Of a stretch of 64,000 nt of DNA, positions 17,453 to 31,935 are shown in pieces. The notes below the pieces were generated by a model. The model was not told where the DNA came from and made no database searches. It saw only the letters and a list, made by a program, of their open reading frames with translations. The position numbers and the translations under genes are program-made. Origin of the DNA: the human T2T-CHM13v2.0 reference genome, Homo sapiens; NCBI RefSeq assembly GCF_009914755.1, contig NC_060928.1; one strand, 5' to 3'. Within the stretch, counting starts at the first letter, position 1, and every line of letters begins with the position of its first letter.

Positions 17453-18989
17453 AGATTTCTTTTAAGACTGGTTCCTTGTCTTCTGTTGGGGAAGGTGGCC
17501 TCCAGAAGTTGTTTACAAAGAGCTAAGGTTTCTGAGATTTTGTTTTCTAACATATTTTGCGGGAGGAAGAAGTGGATGGAAAGTACAAACATCTGTAGGA
17601 CCACTCTTAACTCCTAAATTACTACTTATTTAGATTCTCAAATTCTCCTTGCTGTGTGATCTGTTGGTAAGATACCCTACAGCAAATCATTTTATTCATC
17701 TTAACCCCTACCATCTAAAATCTTTAGAGTAGAAAACTTTTCAAGGTAAGCAATAAAATGAGGTAAATAGGACAGCTTATGTGATGTATTAGAAAGAGAA
17801 ATGAGATAGGAGGTTGTTATGCGTGTACAGTGCCTCTGTTGCCCTGATGTATACTGTTTTCAGCCTATTTTATCAGTAACTGAAGTATTTTCTTTCCTGT
17901 TTGGGCTTTCCCTTTACAACTGGGTTACCAGACATGTTTTCCGATGTCCTGAAAATTTGTTTCCTAACAATCAACTTTTTGTGACATTTTAAGCATAGTT
18001 TAACTTAAAGGACCAAAAAGGAAGAAATGTGCCTTATCTTCATTGCTGACTTACTAATTGTGTAAGTCCGAAGTTAGAAAGCAGTAAGTAGTAAAACACT
18101 TTCTGCATTCTATTCCATAGCGTCCAGAACATTACACATTTGTGTAGGGAACCAATACCTATTTATAATATAAAAGACACTGCAGCATGAACCTGACAAC
18201 TGTTATGAAAGAACAAACATCCACCGAAGAGTCATTTGCTCAGGAAAATTTTACTTTTCTGTTGTCACTGCCTCAGCCAATGTCTTATGCTCTGGAAGTT
18301 GTCCTCATTGCATAAAAAAATTCTTTGCTGTAAATGTGCTACAAGCTGATAAACTTGATCCTAATGGCTTTTATTTTTTCATGTTTAATATTTCATTAGG
18401 CTCAACAGTGACCTCTTTTTAAAATTTTTATTTTATTTTTACTTTGGCCTCTGATGGTGAAAGCAAGTCTCTCTTTTTCAATTTAAGTATAATTGAACCT
18501 GAGATTAGCTGTTCACAAACACTGGTAAGCTTTGCAATGTGTTGCCTATAAACGAATTCCAACTTCAATTTGAATAGCACCTTTCATATCAGTGCTCCAA
18601 ATTGTTCACAGTAATACATCATCAATATTTCACAACATGGCATGACTGAGCAGCATATTCAATGATTTAGCCATCACTTCAAATAATCTAGAGAAGCAAC
18701 AACCAGAGGGAAACAGTTCTTCTTTTTTTAACCATAGGGTGAAATAGATTTAATATTTTCCAAGTCTTTTACCCATAACCCATGTTTAGAAGAACAGTCC
18801 AACAGAAAGGTGCAAAAATGCCCCAAGGGCACCATTTACATTTGAATCTATAAATGCAAATCTAATCAACAAATCCTTGCTGTATATGTAAGTACATACC
18901 TGATATTTGAATATAGTCTATGAAGTATCTTTAAAAATTTAGAATAAATTGTGTTATTTTATTTGAAAAAATAATTCAAGAGATAAATG

Positions 18990-19600
18990 CCTAATTATTA
19001 TTATTGTGGGGACACAATTTGTCCAAGCCAATAACAAGAAAAGTCACCCTGTATTTCTACTTCTCTCTCTCCTCACCACATCCAGTACTTATCTCTATGC
19101 CTCTAGATTTCTTATTATTTTTTTCCATCCTATTCTTGTCTCCATAGTTTAGGTCTTCATTTTTTACTTGGGTTATTTCAGCACCCATATGACCAGTTTT
19201 CCAGAATCTAATTTTGCCTGAACATCCTACATTACCACCCCAGATAGTTCTCATTATAAGTGCCAGAGTAAATTTTCTATAATGAAAATGGACAATGTCT
19301 CTTCTCAGATAAAAAAAAAGTCCTCCAATTACTTCAATAGATTCCATAGATTTCAGAACGCTTAAAATCCTTAACATGGCTGACACGGCCTTTCATGAAC
19401 TGACTCCTGCCTACGTTTCCACCCACGTCTCCTTTCATTCACAAAATGAACACGCACTTTTCCTCTACACATTGAACTCTCTGTGGTTTAATGGACGTGT
19501 CACCTTTTCTGTCATCTCTGGACTTTTGAACTTATTGAATCTTTTCCCCAAAAGGCATAGCCACTTGCTTACTCAGTTCTCTCACTCACTAGGGCAAAAT
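18990..19600 (+). mobile_element. L2 fragment
   Basis: gccagagtaaattttctataatgaaaatggac...aaaatccttaacatggctgacacggcctttcatgaactgactcctgcctac. Confidence 0.65.
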
Positions 19601-19764
19601 ATCCTGCACTCAATGGCTAATGCCTGATAATCTATACTTAATACCTGATTGCTGAATATAATATAACATAATGTAATATAATATAATATAGTATAATGCA
19701 ATAAAACATTCATATCACCTGTTTACTGAACAGTGCTAGATATAGGCAAAAATACCAAAAACAT

Positions 19765-19950
19765 TAGTCCCAAATACTTTGTGAAAATATGAACCTCTTT
19801 TAGAATCTGCTGAAAGCTATATATTAAGCCTCTCAGTGGAATAGGAGGCACAGACACTCTTGCATACATAATTTTCCATACAGCTTCAGAAGAATTATCC
19901 ATACTTTGAATTCAGTTTAGGAATTTGCAGCTAAAAAGCCTTGCTCTAAG
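19765..19950. mobile_element. hAT-type DNA transposon remnant
   Basis: gaacctcttttagaatctgctgaaagctat...aattttccatacagcttcaga...aaaagccttgctcta. Confidence 0.45.
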
Positions 19951-20754
19951 GCATTCCCATATTGGTAAACATACCACTGTGAAGTTTGTTCATTTGTGTC
20001 AGCTTGCTCTACCTCACTATATTTAAGAGAATCCTGGAATCTGGCTTGGCAAATCCTCTAAATACTTTCTAGCTGAATTTCATATATAATATATAAAGCA
20101 TCTCTACAATGTTTACATCACATGCTTTTTCCTCTCCTGTTAAATACTGTTACTCAATGATAGTGAAGCCACTACATCTTGAGCTTGACCATATCTATTT
20201 TGTGGAGAGCAGGGCAGGTGTCCCAATCAAGTTCAAAAATGTCATGAGAATACAGGAAAAGAAGATTGGGATGGCTGGGCTGACCACTCCTGTTTGTGGG
20301 CTGGACTTATGTGGTTTGAATTCGCTACCAGCAACAAAGGAGGAAGCACTCAGGTATGTTTATCAGCTTGCCCATATATGGGGTGGAAATAAGGCAAGGT
20401 GAGGCTTGAAAGACAGCAGTCAAATATCAAAATTGGAGTTAAGAGTACTTAATAAAAACATACACAGTATTCGTATGCAGAAAAATACAAAATACTGAAG
20501 TAAGAAATCAATGCATATTTAAATAAAGAGATATTCTGTGTTCATGGATTGGAAGACTTAATATTGTTAAGACATCAGTTCTTCTCAACTTGATCATAGA
20601 TTCAATGCAATCTTAATCAAAATTCCATAAAGCTATTTTGTAGATACTGACAAACTGCTTCCAAAATTTATACAGACTGGCAAAAGACATAAAATAACTA
20701 ACACAATACTGAAGAATAAAGTTGGAAAACTGAGATTATTGAATTTTAAGACTA

Positions 20755-21302
20755 TGTGTATGTGTGTGTACTTGGGTGTATGTATATGTACATATGTGTG
20801 ATATGTATATGCATACATACATGTGTTACATGTATATGTTACCTGTATACATATGCACGTGTATGTATGTGGTATACATATGAGACTACATATATGTTAT
20901 ATATACATGTATACACACACAGAAAGAGACAAGAAACAAAGAGAGATATTTATTTTTAGGAATTGGCTCACATGATTATGAAGACGGGCCAGTCCAAAAT
21001 CTTCAGAGTAGAACAATAGGTTGAAGATTCAGAGAAGAGCTGATGTTGTAGTTCAAGTCCAAAGGCAGTCTTCTGGCAGAATTCATTTTTCTCCAAAAGA
21101 GGTTAGACTTTTTCTATTAGTGTCTTCAGGAGATATGATGAGGCCCACACACATTATGGAGGGTAATCTGCATTACCCTGTCTGCTGATTTAAAGGGTAA
21201 TCTCGTTTTTAAAAACACTTGCACTTAAACATTTTAAATAACGTTTGACCAAAATCTGGATACAGTGGTCTAGCCAAGTTGCCTATAAGATTAATTATCA
21301 CA
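20755..21302 (-). mobile_element. MLT2 (ERVL) LTR with (TG/TA)n low-complexity tract at 20755-20920
   Basis: ggaattggctcacatgattatg...gaggcccacacacattatggagggtaatctg...gccaagttg...attatcaca. Confidence 0.8.
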
Positions 21303-24057
21303 AGCACTTACTATAATGCTACAGTAATAAATATATCATGATATTGGTAAACCATAGATGCATAGATCAATGAAATGGAATAGATAGAAAAGAACTAGAC
21401 CCACACAGATATAGTCAACTAGTTTTGACAAGGGTGCAAAGGTAATAACATGAAGAGATGATTTTCTTATTAACAAATTGTGCTGGCACAATTGGATGTC
21501 CACATGACCAAAAAAATGAGCCTAGATAGAAACTTTACACATTTCACAAAAATCAACTCAAGATTGATTGTAGACCTAAATTTAAAATGCAATACTATAA
21601 AATGTATAGAAGTAAACAAGAGGAAATTGGCAAGACCCTACGTTTCGGACTAAATTGTTAGAAACAACCCAAAATAATGATTCATGAAAGAAAGAACTGA
21701 TGCATGAGACTTTACTCAAATTAAAACTTCTGCTTCATAAAAGACAGCTTTGAAAGAATGAAAAGATAAGCCACATATTGGGAGAAAATACTTGCAAAGC
21801 ACATATTTCGCAGAAATTTGTATCCAAAATATAGAAAGAGCTTTTAATATGCAGCAATAAGAAAAAAATCCAATTTAAAAATAGGCAAAAGATCTGAACA
21901 GACACCTCACCAAATGTGCTATACAGATACCAAATATGTATATGAAAATGTGTTCAACTTAATTTTTTATTAGAAAAATGAATGCAAATTAAAGTTATCC
22001 TGATATAGTACCACACACCTACAAGAATGGCTAAAGTTTAAAAATCTGACAATACCAATTTTTTTGTGAAGGTGTGGAGCAACAAGTGCTCCTATTTTTT
22101 TGCTGGGGTGAATGAAACTTGGTATAGCAGTTTCTTAAGAAGTTAAACATATTCTTGCCATACAATCCAGCAGTCACACTCCTGTGTATTTATCCAACTA
22201 ATCTGAAACCTTATGTCTGCACAAAAACCCACATGCAAATATGAAAAGCATCTTTGTTCATAATTGCCAAAAACTAGAAGCAACCACGATATTCTTCCAT
22301 ATAAGCACACTGTGGTATATTCATACAATGGAATGCTATTTCATGATAAAAAGGAATGAGTTATAAAGCCAAACAAAGACATAGATAAATCCGTCATTCA
22401 CATCACTAGGAATTCTTTCAAATTAGAAAGAGCCTAATTTTAAAATGCTACATACTGTATGATTCCACTTGTATGACATCCTGTAAAAGGCAAAACTACA
22501 GAGATGGTAAAAAGTTTGAGAGTGATTTGGGGAGATGTAGAAAATGTGAAGCACAGGGAATTATTTACGGTAATGAAACTATCCTGCCTGATACCGGAAG
22601 AGTGAAAACATGACACTCCAAATTTGTCAAAACCAATACAACTTTACTGCACAAAGAATGAACATTAAGGTATGAAAATTTTAAAAAAGATGTTTGTGGG
22701 GGGTCAGTGAATCTTATCATGGGATGCAGAATGAAACAAAGGAATCCACCTGTAGTACAAATGTATGAAACGACTCACTGAATTTGATAATGGAAAAGGT
22801 GCTGACCTACATAATTTTAGAAATAAATAGAGTTTGGAAAACCAAAGACAATGTACTATAGTTGATAAAATTGTTTCCCATGGGTGTATATGTCAGTAAT
22901 TTAACCTTTAAATAAATGGGTGGTGAGAACCAGGTTTCCACTATTGGAATGGAAGATAACAAATAAGGAAGCGGTGGAGATTTTGAATGATCCATAAGGG
23001 AGTGAATTACAGTTGGAGACATCAGTTTGAATGAAAGTTTTGATTTAGTGTAGATACAGATGATTATAGAAATATTCATAGTTATGTGTATATACACAGG
23101 TTGGTAGACCCATATATATATCCTTGCTCTTTCAGCTGAGAGGCCCTAGAATCAATGATACTCCAGTAACAAGAAGGATACATAGCATCTACAACTTGGT
23201 TTTCATTCTTCAATGTAGTGCCTGAAAATAATAAAATGCACACACACATACACACATACACACGCAAATGGGGTATGCACAAGAATATAGGAGCTAACTG
23301 AAAGAGCATCCTATTGTCAAAACTGAAACAATTTGTGCATTAATATTTAAAAAGTAACATCAAATTATAACCCAAAGTATTATACAAAATGAATATCTAT
23401 GAGTCTATACTGACATAAATGATTAAATAAATAAGTATGGGGCAGTAGACTAATCTTCCATGTAGAAAAATTCCAAATAATTTATGTTAATACTCTGCTC
23501 TCAAGGAGATGGAGTGTGAATCCTACTCCTCAAGTGTGGGCTGTGCATAGTGATTTTCTTCTCAAGAGTACAGTACAGAAAGGGAAGAAAAAGTCACTTT
23601 GCAGTGGAAAAACCTGACATATACTACCTCAGCCAGAGTCAGGTGAACAAAGTCAACATCAACAGGAATAAGTCATGTTGATAATACATATCCTTGATAT
23701 GATGTGATGAGAATGGCACTTTATCTCTATGGGTTTCCTCCCCAAAACCCATAACCCCACATCTAATCATGAGGATAACATCAGACAAATCCCAATTAAG
23801 GGACATTCTACAAAATACCTGACTAGCACTCCTCAAAATGTTGAAGTTATCAAAACGAGGAATATCTCAGAAACTATCACAGCCACGAGCAAGTTAGATT
23901 TGACAAATAAATGTAATGTGATTTACTGGATGAAATTCTGTAACAAAAAATGTCATAAGGTAAAAACTAAGTAAATATGAATAAAATATGAATTTTCATA
24001 AATAATAATGTGTAACTATTTATTCATTCATTGTGACAAATGTATCATAGTAATTTA

Positions 24058-24411
<354 letters not shown>

Positions 24412-25009
24412 CTATTTGTGAGCTTTCTATATTATTTTTGCAACTTTTCCATGAATCTAAAACAATTCTAAAATTTTACAAAATATTAAATTTATTTAAA
24501 ATGTTAGATTCCAAGTTATGAGTATTATATCCTATGATTGAGTTCACTAACATGCTATTCTTTGCTAGTTAAAAATAAATCCAAAGTAATCAGTTTTTCT
24601 CACTGACCTTCTCAATCTGTTGAGATGAACTACTTGGCTGAGAGATTAACGCTGTTTTTTTCTTTTGCTTATCAAATGATTGGCTTTTAGCGGAATTAGA
24701 ATTAGAGATCTGAGTAGTTGTCTATCCCTTTTTATATCCTGAATTAGTGCCAGTTTTGTGATTTTTATATTAAAACTAATCTGTGGATCTACATTCTATT
24801 TAATGTTTACTCATGTATTGCTTGTTCTCACAATATCACAATTTTATGCTCACATGCTTGATTATTTCAGGCTGTTATTTTTCACCCTTATTTCTTTCAG
24901 GATTCAGATCCTATCTCTATTATGTGATTTACCAAAGTGTGTTGTATATGTTATGTCCATATGCTTTTCTATCACATTTATTTATAAAATCTCTGAAGAT
25001 GTATTTTTT

Positions 25010-25450
25010 GTTAGCCACTATTAAAAAATTTCATAGGAAAAGCTCCAATATTTGGTGGCATACAAAAATAAGCATTTATTGATTTCTAAAACTGTGAGTT
25101 GGCTAGAGGTCAGCTGATCTAATATGAGCTCAGCATGGGGTAACTTTTCTCTATGTGTCTCTCATTCTTTTCCTGGAATCAGAAAATTAATCCAGATCCA
25201 TTCTTCTCATTTTGTCGACCAGAGGTGAAAGAAAGTAAGCAAAAAGAGACAGGCCTCTTCAGTCCTAGATTTGCAATTTACATGCCATCACCCTTTTCTG
25301 CCTCCTTCTATCATCCAGATAAAAGGACATGATCATTTCCAAAATCAAGAGCCAAGGATATATTCTCTATCCACAATGGAGGGACACTTTAACATTTTCA
25401 ATGGATGTGATAACAGAAAGGGGAGAAAGTTAAGACCAGGAACTCAACAA
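25010..25450 (-). mobile_element. MLT1 (MaLR) LTR, old
   Basis: gtggcatacaaaaataagcatttatt...ggtcagctgatct...gtctctcattc...ttcttctcat. Confidence 0.6.
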
Positions 25451-25549
25451 CAGTATGTTTTGTTCACTTTTCTATCTCTGGATCCTACAACAATAATTGA
25501 CCCAGTAAGTAGTCAATAACTTTTTTCTCATCCCTTAGATTTATATATT

Positions 25550-26580
25550 TTTATTTTTTTCATTTTCAACTTTTATCTCAGTTTCAGAGGTATACTTGCA
25601 GGTTTGTTACATGGGTAAACTGAGCATCACTGGGGTTTGGTGTACAAATAATTTTGTCATCCTGGTGGTGAGTGTGGTACTCAATAGCTAGCTTTTTGAC
25701 CCTCATCCTCTTCCCACCCTCAGTTAGGTCCAATATCTATTGTTCCCCTCCCCGTGTCCATGTGTACTCAATTTTCTTAGCTCTCACTTATAAGCGAGAA
25801 CATGTGGTATGCAGTTCTGTCTCTGCATTAATTCTCTTAGGATAATGGCCTTCAGCTGCATCCATATTGCTGCAAAAGCTACAGTTTAATTCTTTTTTTA
25901 TGGCTACATAGTATTCCGAGCTGTATATGTGCCACATTTTCTTTGTCCAGTCCATCACTGCCAGGCATCTAGGTTGATTTCATGTTTTTTCTATTGTGAA
26001 TAGTGCTATAGTGAACATACAAGGGCATAAGTCTTTTTGGCAGAAGATATTCTGCCAAATATGTGGGGTTGGTGGTAATGTTACCTTTGCCGTTTCTGAT
26101 TGTGTTTATTTGGATCTTTTCTCTTTTTTTCTCTATTATTCTACCTGGCAGTCTATCAATCTTATTTATTCTTTCAAAAAAACTTTTCATTTTGTTGATC
26201 TTTTGTATGAATTTTTACGTCAATTTTATTCAGCTCAACTCTGATTTTGTTTATTTTTTTTTCTGCTAGCTTTTGGGTGGGTTTGCTTTTGTTTTCTACT
26301 TCCTCTGGGTGTGACATTAGATTGTTAATTTAAGATCTTTTTAACTTCTTAATGTAGGCAGTTAGCACTATAAGCTTTTGTCTTAACACTGCCTTAGCTG
26401 TGTCCCAGAGGTTTTGGTATGTTTTTTCTTTGTTTTCATTAGTTTTAAAGGATTTTAGATTTAAAGGATTTAAAATTTCCACCTTAATTTTATTCTTTAC
26501 CCAAAAGTCATCCAGTATTAGATGTAGTTTTATGGTTTTGAGAGATCTTGGTATTCATTTCTATGTTTATTTCACTATGT
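25550..26580 (-). mobile_element. L1PA15/16-like LINE-1 with a large internal deletion
   Basis: Antisense 3'UTR (caggtttgttacatgggtaaa) and ORF2 end to ~26048, then a jump to an ORF2 post-EN segment (gtttctgattgtgtttatttggatc). Confidence 0.85.
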
Positions 26581-27248
26581 GCTCACACAATTAATTTCTC
26601 TTGAATAAATGAAGGAGCAAATGTCAGCTAAGTGGAGACATGTAGATGTTTCTATTTTCCTTTTAAATCTTGCAATAACTTAGAATCATCCTAATGTTTT
26701 ATTATCTTCATGATTATCAATTAAATGAACCTCTAAGGTATCTCCAAAATATATTAAATATTAAGTGTTGTACCCATATTCTGTGTATGACAATATAGCT
26801 ATTTATACAAAAATATTTTTTTGATCCATTTTATTTTGCAGTTTGTTTTTTTATAAGATTAATGTTGCATGTTCCATGACTTCTTTTCAGAAAATTATCT
26901 CACCATTAGTAAAATGTCCACTAGTAGAATCCTTACATAAATTTTTGTCTAAGTAGTGTTTTCTTACATTGTTCTGGTTTCCTTCTTTTCTTCTTCTTTC
27001 AAGTGCAAGAAAGAGCAGCACTGTTCAAATTGCTGTGTTTTAAATTTTCTCTGAATTGCATTTTGAGCTTTTGATGGAAAACATCGCAGAAATCTAATCA
27101 ATACATAGAAATAGACTGTTGGTTCTAAGAGTTAACACAGATAAGAGAGATACAAGGGCCCATCAGGTGATTTCTGAGGAAGTATCCTTGTTTATGTTTT
27201 AAAACAGAGAAGATTGAGGAGTAAAACAACAATTATACTTTTGCTATC

Positions 27249-27668
27249 TGTAGTGGATACTGCGGTGCATTAGCTAGATTCTCCCTTCAGGACTGAGGCC
27301 ATTATCTCTCCTAACTGGCTGATGGCCTACACATACACCCCTTTCCAGGTGTGCCCTCTTTGCAAGTGGCTGCCTCAACAAATGTTCTATCCCCCTCAGA
27401 GGAATCTTGCATCCGGGAACTGGATTATACAAGAGTACAAATGTGTAACCCATGGCTTCAATTTGAAATGAGTCCAAAGGGCCATCTCAGCTCTAGAACT
27501 GCCTGGAAGACTGGCGAAGGCCTTTGTTGCAACTGATCAAAATTCAATCTCATCTTTATCTCAATCAGTCTTCCATCTCCCTTTCTCAGGTTTCTCCATA
27601 TTAATCCTCAATAAACCTCCAGCACTCAAATCTTTATCATGAAGTTGACATTCAGGGAACCTGAATAA
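27249..27668 (+). mobile_element. LTR16-family (ERVL) solo LTR
   Basis: Starts tgtagtggatactg; cccttcaggactgaggc; gggccatctcagctctagaact; aataaacctccagcactcaaatc...cagggaacct. Confidence 0.75.
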
Positions 27669-30340
27669 TCCACTATCTGTAAGAATGAAATCAGGTCACT
27701 TGCAAAGACTTGGACAAATTTGTCCTCTCTTTTTCCTTTCTTGTCAAGTCACATTTATAACACAAAATGGGTGTCCTCTGGAGAGTCATTTAATTGAAGA
27801 ATTTAAGCCTGATGCAAATAGGCTGTAGATATTTAGTAAGTAGTAAACAGCACAAAAGTGACTACTTTTTTATTCCAACTCTAGACTAAATAAGGAGATT
27901 TTTCTCAACAGTGGATGATTGTATACAAATGTACAGAATGTGAAAGAGATGAAGCGATGAGGTATTAAAAACAAAATATGTAAATCTATGTCAGGATCAA
28001 CAGGGTCCTGTAAGTTTTAAGTATAGCAAGGGCAAAAATTCCCAAAGCTACGGGGAATTTGAATTATTGACTATGATACCCAGAAAGAGATTATCAAATA
28101 TGAATTGTGATGATAATATTTCTAGCTGTGTTTTTCTTCAGTTGAATATCTTATCAATAATTACAGGATGTTTGTTGCAAGATTGAAAAGAGAAATCAAC
28201 AACCTTTCTGAAAAGAAAAATAATCCTTTATTGGGCATAAGCAATAATACATATATAAACATGCTTCAGTATGAAGCGGCTAAGGAATACATAGCATTGC
28301 CCTAAGAAATTAATACACCTTCATACTTGATAAAAGTATCAAAAGTATTACTAAAATTAATCTTTAATCCCACAAAATCTAGTTAAATAAACATATTTTT
28401 CTCTACATTTATATATATACATATATATATAAAATATAACTTTTTGATGTAGTGTTGTTAGCTTGTGGGAGAAAATCTGTCACCCTTGTTAATTATCTTA
28501 AAATGTGGCTTCATTAGGTATTGAAAACAGTGCTTGTAGAAAGCAGGCTCTAATATAGTGGCATTACATTTCACTGAGTTTAAAATATAATAGCTATGAA
28601 GGAATGCACGGAAACTTCTAGTTTAACTGCAGAAACATGGCTTATATGTATATACACATTTACACACATAGTTACATAGGCATATTTATTGTGTTGTTCT
28701 ATGGGCATGCATGCATGTGCATCTGCATGTGTGCAGTTATGTGAGGTGCATGTATGTGTGTGTGCTGTTGAGCAATTAATTACTTGATAACTAGGGCAAC
28801 AGAAAGAAGATTTCATATACTATAATCGAGAATTAAATATTGATTTACCTAAAATATACTGACTTAGGGAATGAAATGACTCTGGCTGCTCTGATATTTC
28901 ACCAAGCTAACATATACATTTATTAAAGGTGTTTTCATGCATTCCTTTATACAAAACACTTTCCTAAATAGGAAATGAGATAGATCCGGACCATAAGGAG
29001 TTTATGTTCTAACATATAGTAAGCTTCAAGGTATAAATGTCCTAATTTATAGTATACTGATTAACTTACTATTAGCAAAATCAGTACTTGTGGACTCTTC
29101 AATCCAAGCTTCCGTTCTACAACAAATGGGCAAATATTTGAAGAGAATAGCTGCGATATTAACTTTTATTTTCAGAGGTTGTCAACATTCACAGGAAACC
29201 AATGAAAAATTCCTTCTGCAAACTGGTTGATTCCTTGGCTCTTTCTGGTCCCCTTACTGATCACATGTTACTACTAAGACAATGATTTGTCTCCCTTTTT
29301 TTTTCTCCTTGCCTATCAGAAGTTCTCTTCCTTTCCCTTCGTCTTCTCCTCCACACCCCTTGCCATCATTCTTCCTGAAATAATCACTTCAATAGATTTT
29401 TTTCTCCATATATCTACAGTTAGGGAGATATTTGATAAAATTATCATCTAAAAATGTTACATAGGGTATTAATGACATAAATTGTTGCAAATACAGCTCT
29501 AGAACACACCATTGCAGATTTTCTGGCCATATTCCAGGAAGATGACAACACTGAGACTCATACTGAGGTCACATAACACTCCCACTCCCACCTCCACTGA
29601 GCCTCCCTTGCTATGGTACCACAGTTACATCAAGGTGACTATGACTAACCAAGCCCTTTAGGCCTCAAGTTCTTTCCCTTCAGCATCAGTCTGAAACATA
29701 AAGCCCTCAATCTCCTTTATGCATGTTCCCACATTGTTCTGAAACCTTTCATTTTTAATCTCGGCACCTAATTCCATGATAAGTAGTCTTCTTAAATCTT
29801 CAGCCTCTCCATTGAACCATCTAACTACCTCCTGCTTTCATAAAGACTTATAGATTCCATAAGGGTAAAGTCTTTATAGTTATTTTGTTTGTTTGTACAG
29901 CAATATATGTTCTGCTCCATCCAACAACCATGGTTAAATGTCTGGAAGTGAGGTAAGCATTCTTCTATCCCTTTTTTGCCATCTTTTTAGCAGTATTCTT
30001 CTACCGTATGGGGGAAAGTCTTTATCCTTTGTGATTACTACCATATGTCTATGCCACACCCATTCTTTCTGATTGCAATCACTAGATGACATCTTAGTTG
30101 ATTCTTTGTATTTTATGAAGTCTTTGATATTTTCTCTCTACCACATAATTCCAAGCATTGGAGTGGATGATTTCAGTGTTGATGATAATGAACCCAAAAC
30201 CTTAGTTCTTTCTGCTCCTTGACATCCAAGATTTAAATGAAGATTTCTTTCTATCCAACCTCAATCACCAACCCTGTGGCTTTTGTTATTATTATAATCA
30301 GAAACACCAAACTCCAATACATTGCTTTCTGTTTACAGGC

Positions 30341-31935
30341 TGATATGATTTGGCTCTGTGTTCTCACCCAAATCTCACCCTGAATTTTAATAATCCCCAC
30401 ACGTCAACGGCAGGGCCAAGTGGAGATAATTGAATAATGAAGGCAGTTTCCCCATACAGTTTTCATGATAGTGAATAAGTCTCATGAGATCTGGTGGTTT
30501 TATAAATGGGACTTACCCTGTACAAGCTCTTTTGCCTGCTGCCATGTAGGGTGTGACTTTACTCCTCCTTTGCCTTCTGTCATGATTATGAGGCCTCCTC
30601 AGCCACATGGAACTGTGAGTCCATTAAACCTCTTTCCTTTATAAATTATCCAATCTTGGGTATATCTTTATTAGCAGCATAAGAAGAGACTAATACAGTA
30701 AATTGGTAATGGGAGTGGGATACTTCTGTAAAGATACCCAAAAATGTGTGTAAGGGAGATGACTGTGCTTTAGTCAGGTGTGGGCTGAGGCAGCCTTCAG
30801 GTGCTGCATGACTCAGCGGGTTTGGAGCGCAGGCACACAACTCTGCATTTGAGGTTTGGAAACCTCCACCTAGATTTCAGAGGATGTATGGAAATGCCTG
30901 GATGTCCAGGGAGAGGTGAGCTACAGGAGTGGAGTCCTCATGGAGAACCTCTGCTAGGGCAGTGTAGAAGGGAAATGTGGGGTGGGAGCCCCCACATAGA
31001 GTCCCCAGTGGATCACTGCCTAATGGAGCTGTGAGAAGAGGACCACTGTCCTCCACACCCAGAATGGCAGATCCAATAACAGCTTGCATCATGAGCACAA
31101 AAAATCTGCAGACACTCAATGTCAGCCCATGAAATCAGCCAGGTTGGGGGCTGTACTCTACAAAGCCACAGGGGCAGAGCTTCCCAAGACCATGGGAATC
31201 TACTTCTTACATCAGCATGACCTGATGTGAGACATGGAGTCAAAGGAGATCATTTTGGATCTTTAAGATTTGACTGCCCTGCTGGATTTTAGACTTGCAT
31301 GGGGCCTGTAGCCTCTTCATTTTGGCCAATTTCTCCCCTTTGGAATGGATGTATTTACCCAGTGCCTGCACCTACATTGTATCTAGGAAGTAGCTAACTT
31401 GATTTTGATTTTACAGGCTCATAGTTGGAAGGGATTTGGCTTGTCTCCAATGAGACTTCAGAGTGTGGACTTTTGAATTAATTCTGAAATGAGTGAAGGT
31501 TTTGGGGGACTGTTGAAATGGCATGATTGTGTTTTGAAATATGAGGACACAAAATTTGGAAGTGGCCAGTGGCAGAATAATATAATTTGGCTCTGTTTCA
31601 CCACCCAAATCTCACCTTGGATTGTAGTAATTCCCAATTGTCAAGGGTGGGGCCCAGTGGAGATAACTGAATCACAGGAGTGGTTTCCCCCATACTGTTC
31701 TCATGATAGTGAATAAGTCTCATGAGATCTGATGGCTTTATAAACGGGAGCTCCCCTGCACAAGATCTCTTGCCTGCTGCCATGTAAAATGTTCCTTTGC
31801 TTCTCCTTTGCCTTCTGTCATAATTATGATGCCTCCCCAGCCATGTGGAACTGTGAGTCTACTAAACCATTTTATTTTATTAATTACCCAGTCTTCAGTA
31901 TGTCTTTATTAGCATTGTGAAAACAAATGAATAGA
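30341..31935 (+). mobile_element. THE1 (B/C-like) MaLR element: LTR 30341-30697, deleted internal region, LTR 31578-31935
   Basis: Two THE1 LTRs (tgatatgatttggctctgtg...taataca) and THE1-int sequence; TSD caggc/cagcc. Confidence 0.92.
30749..30847 (+). mobile_element. 5' fragment of an LTR18-like (ERVL) LTR nested in THE1-int
   Basis: Starts with TG: tgtaagggagatgactgtgctttagtcagg...catgactcagcgggtttggagcgcaggc; not THE1-int sequence. Confidence 0.65.

Noticed and set aside
29160-29230. Candidate splice acceptors (polypyrimidine + cag) here and at ~36741, ~38215, ~49853 and ~56633
   Set aside because: No convincing paired donors or recognisable coding frames; exons cannot be supported from sequence alone, though unrecognised small exons cannot be excluded
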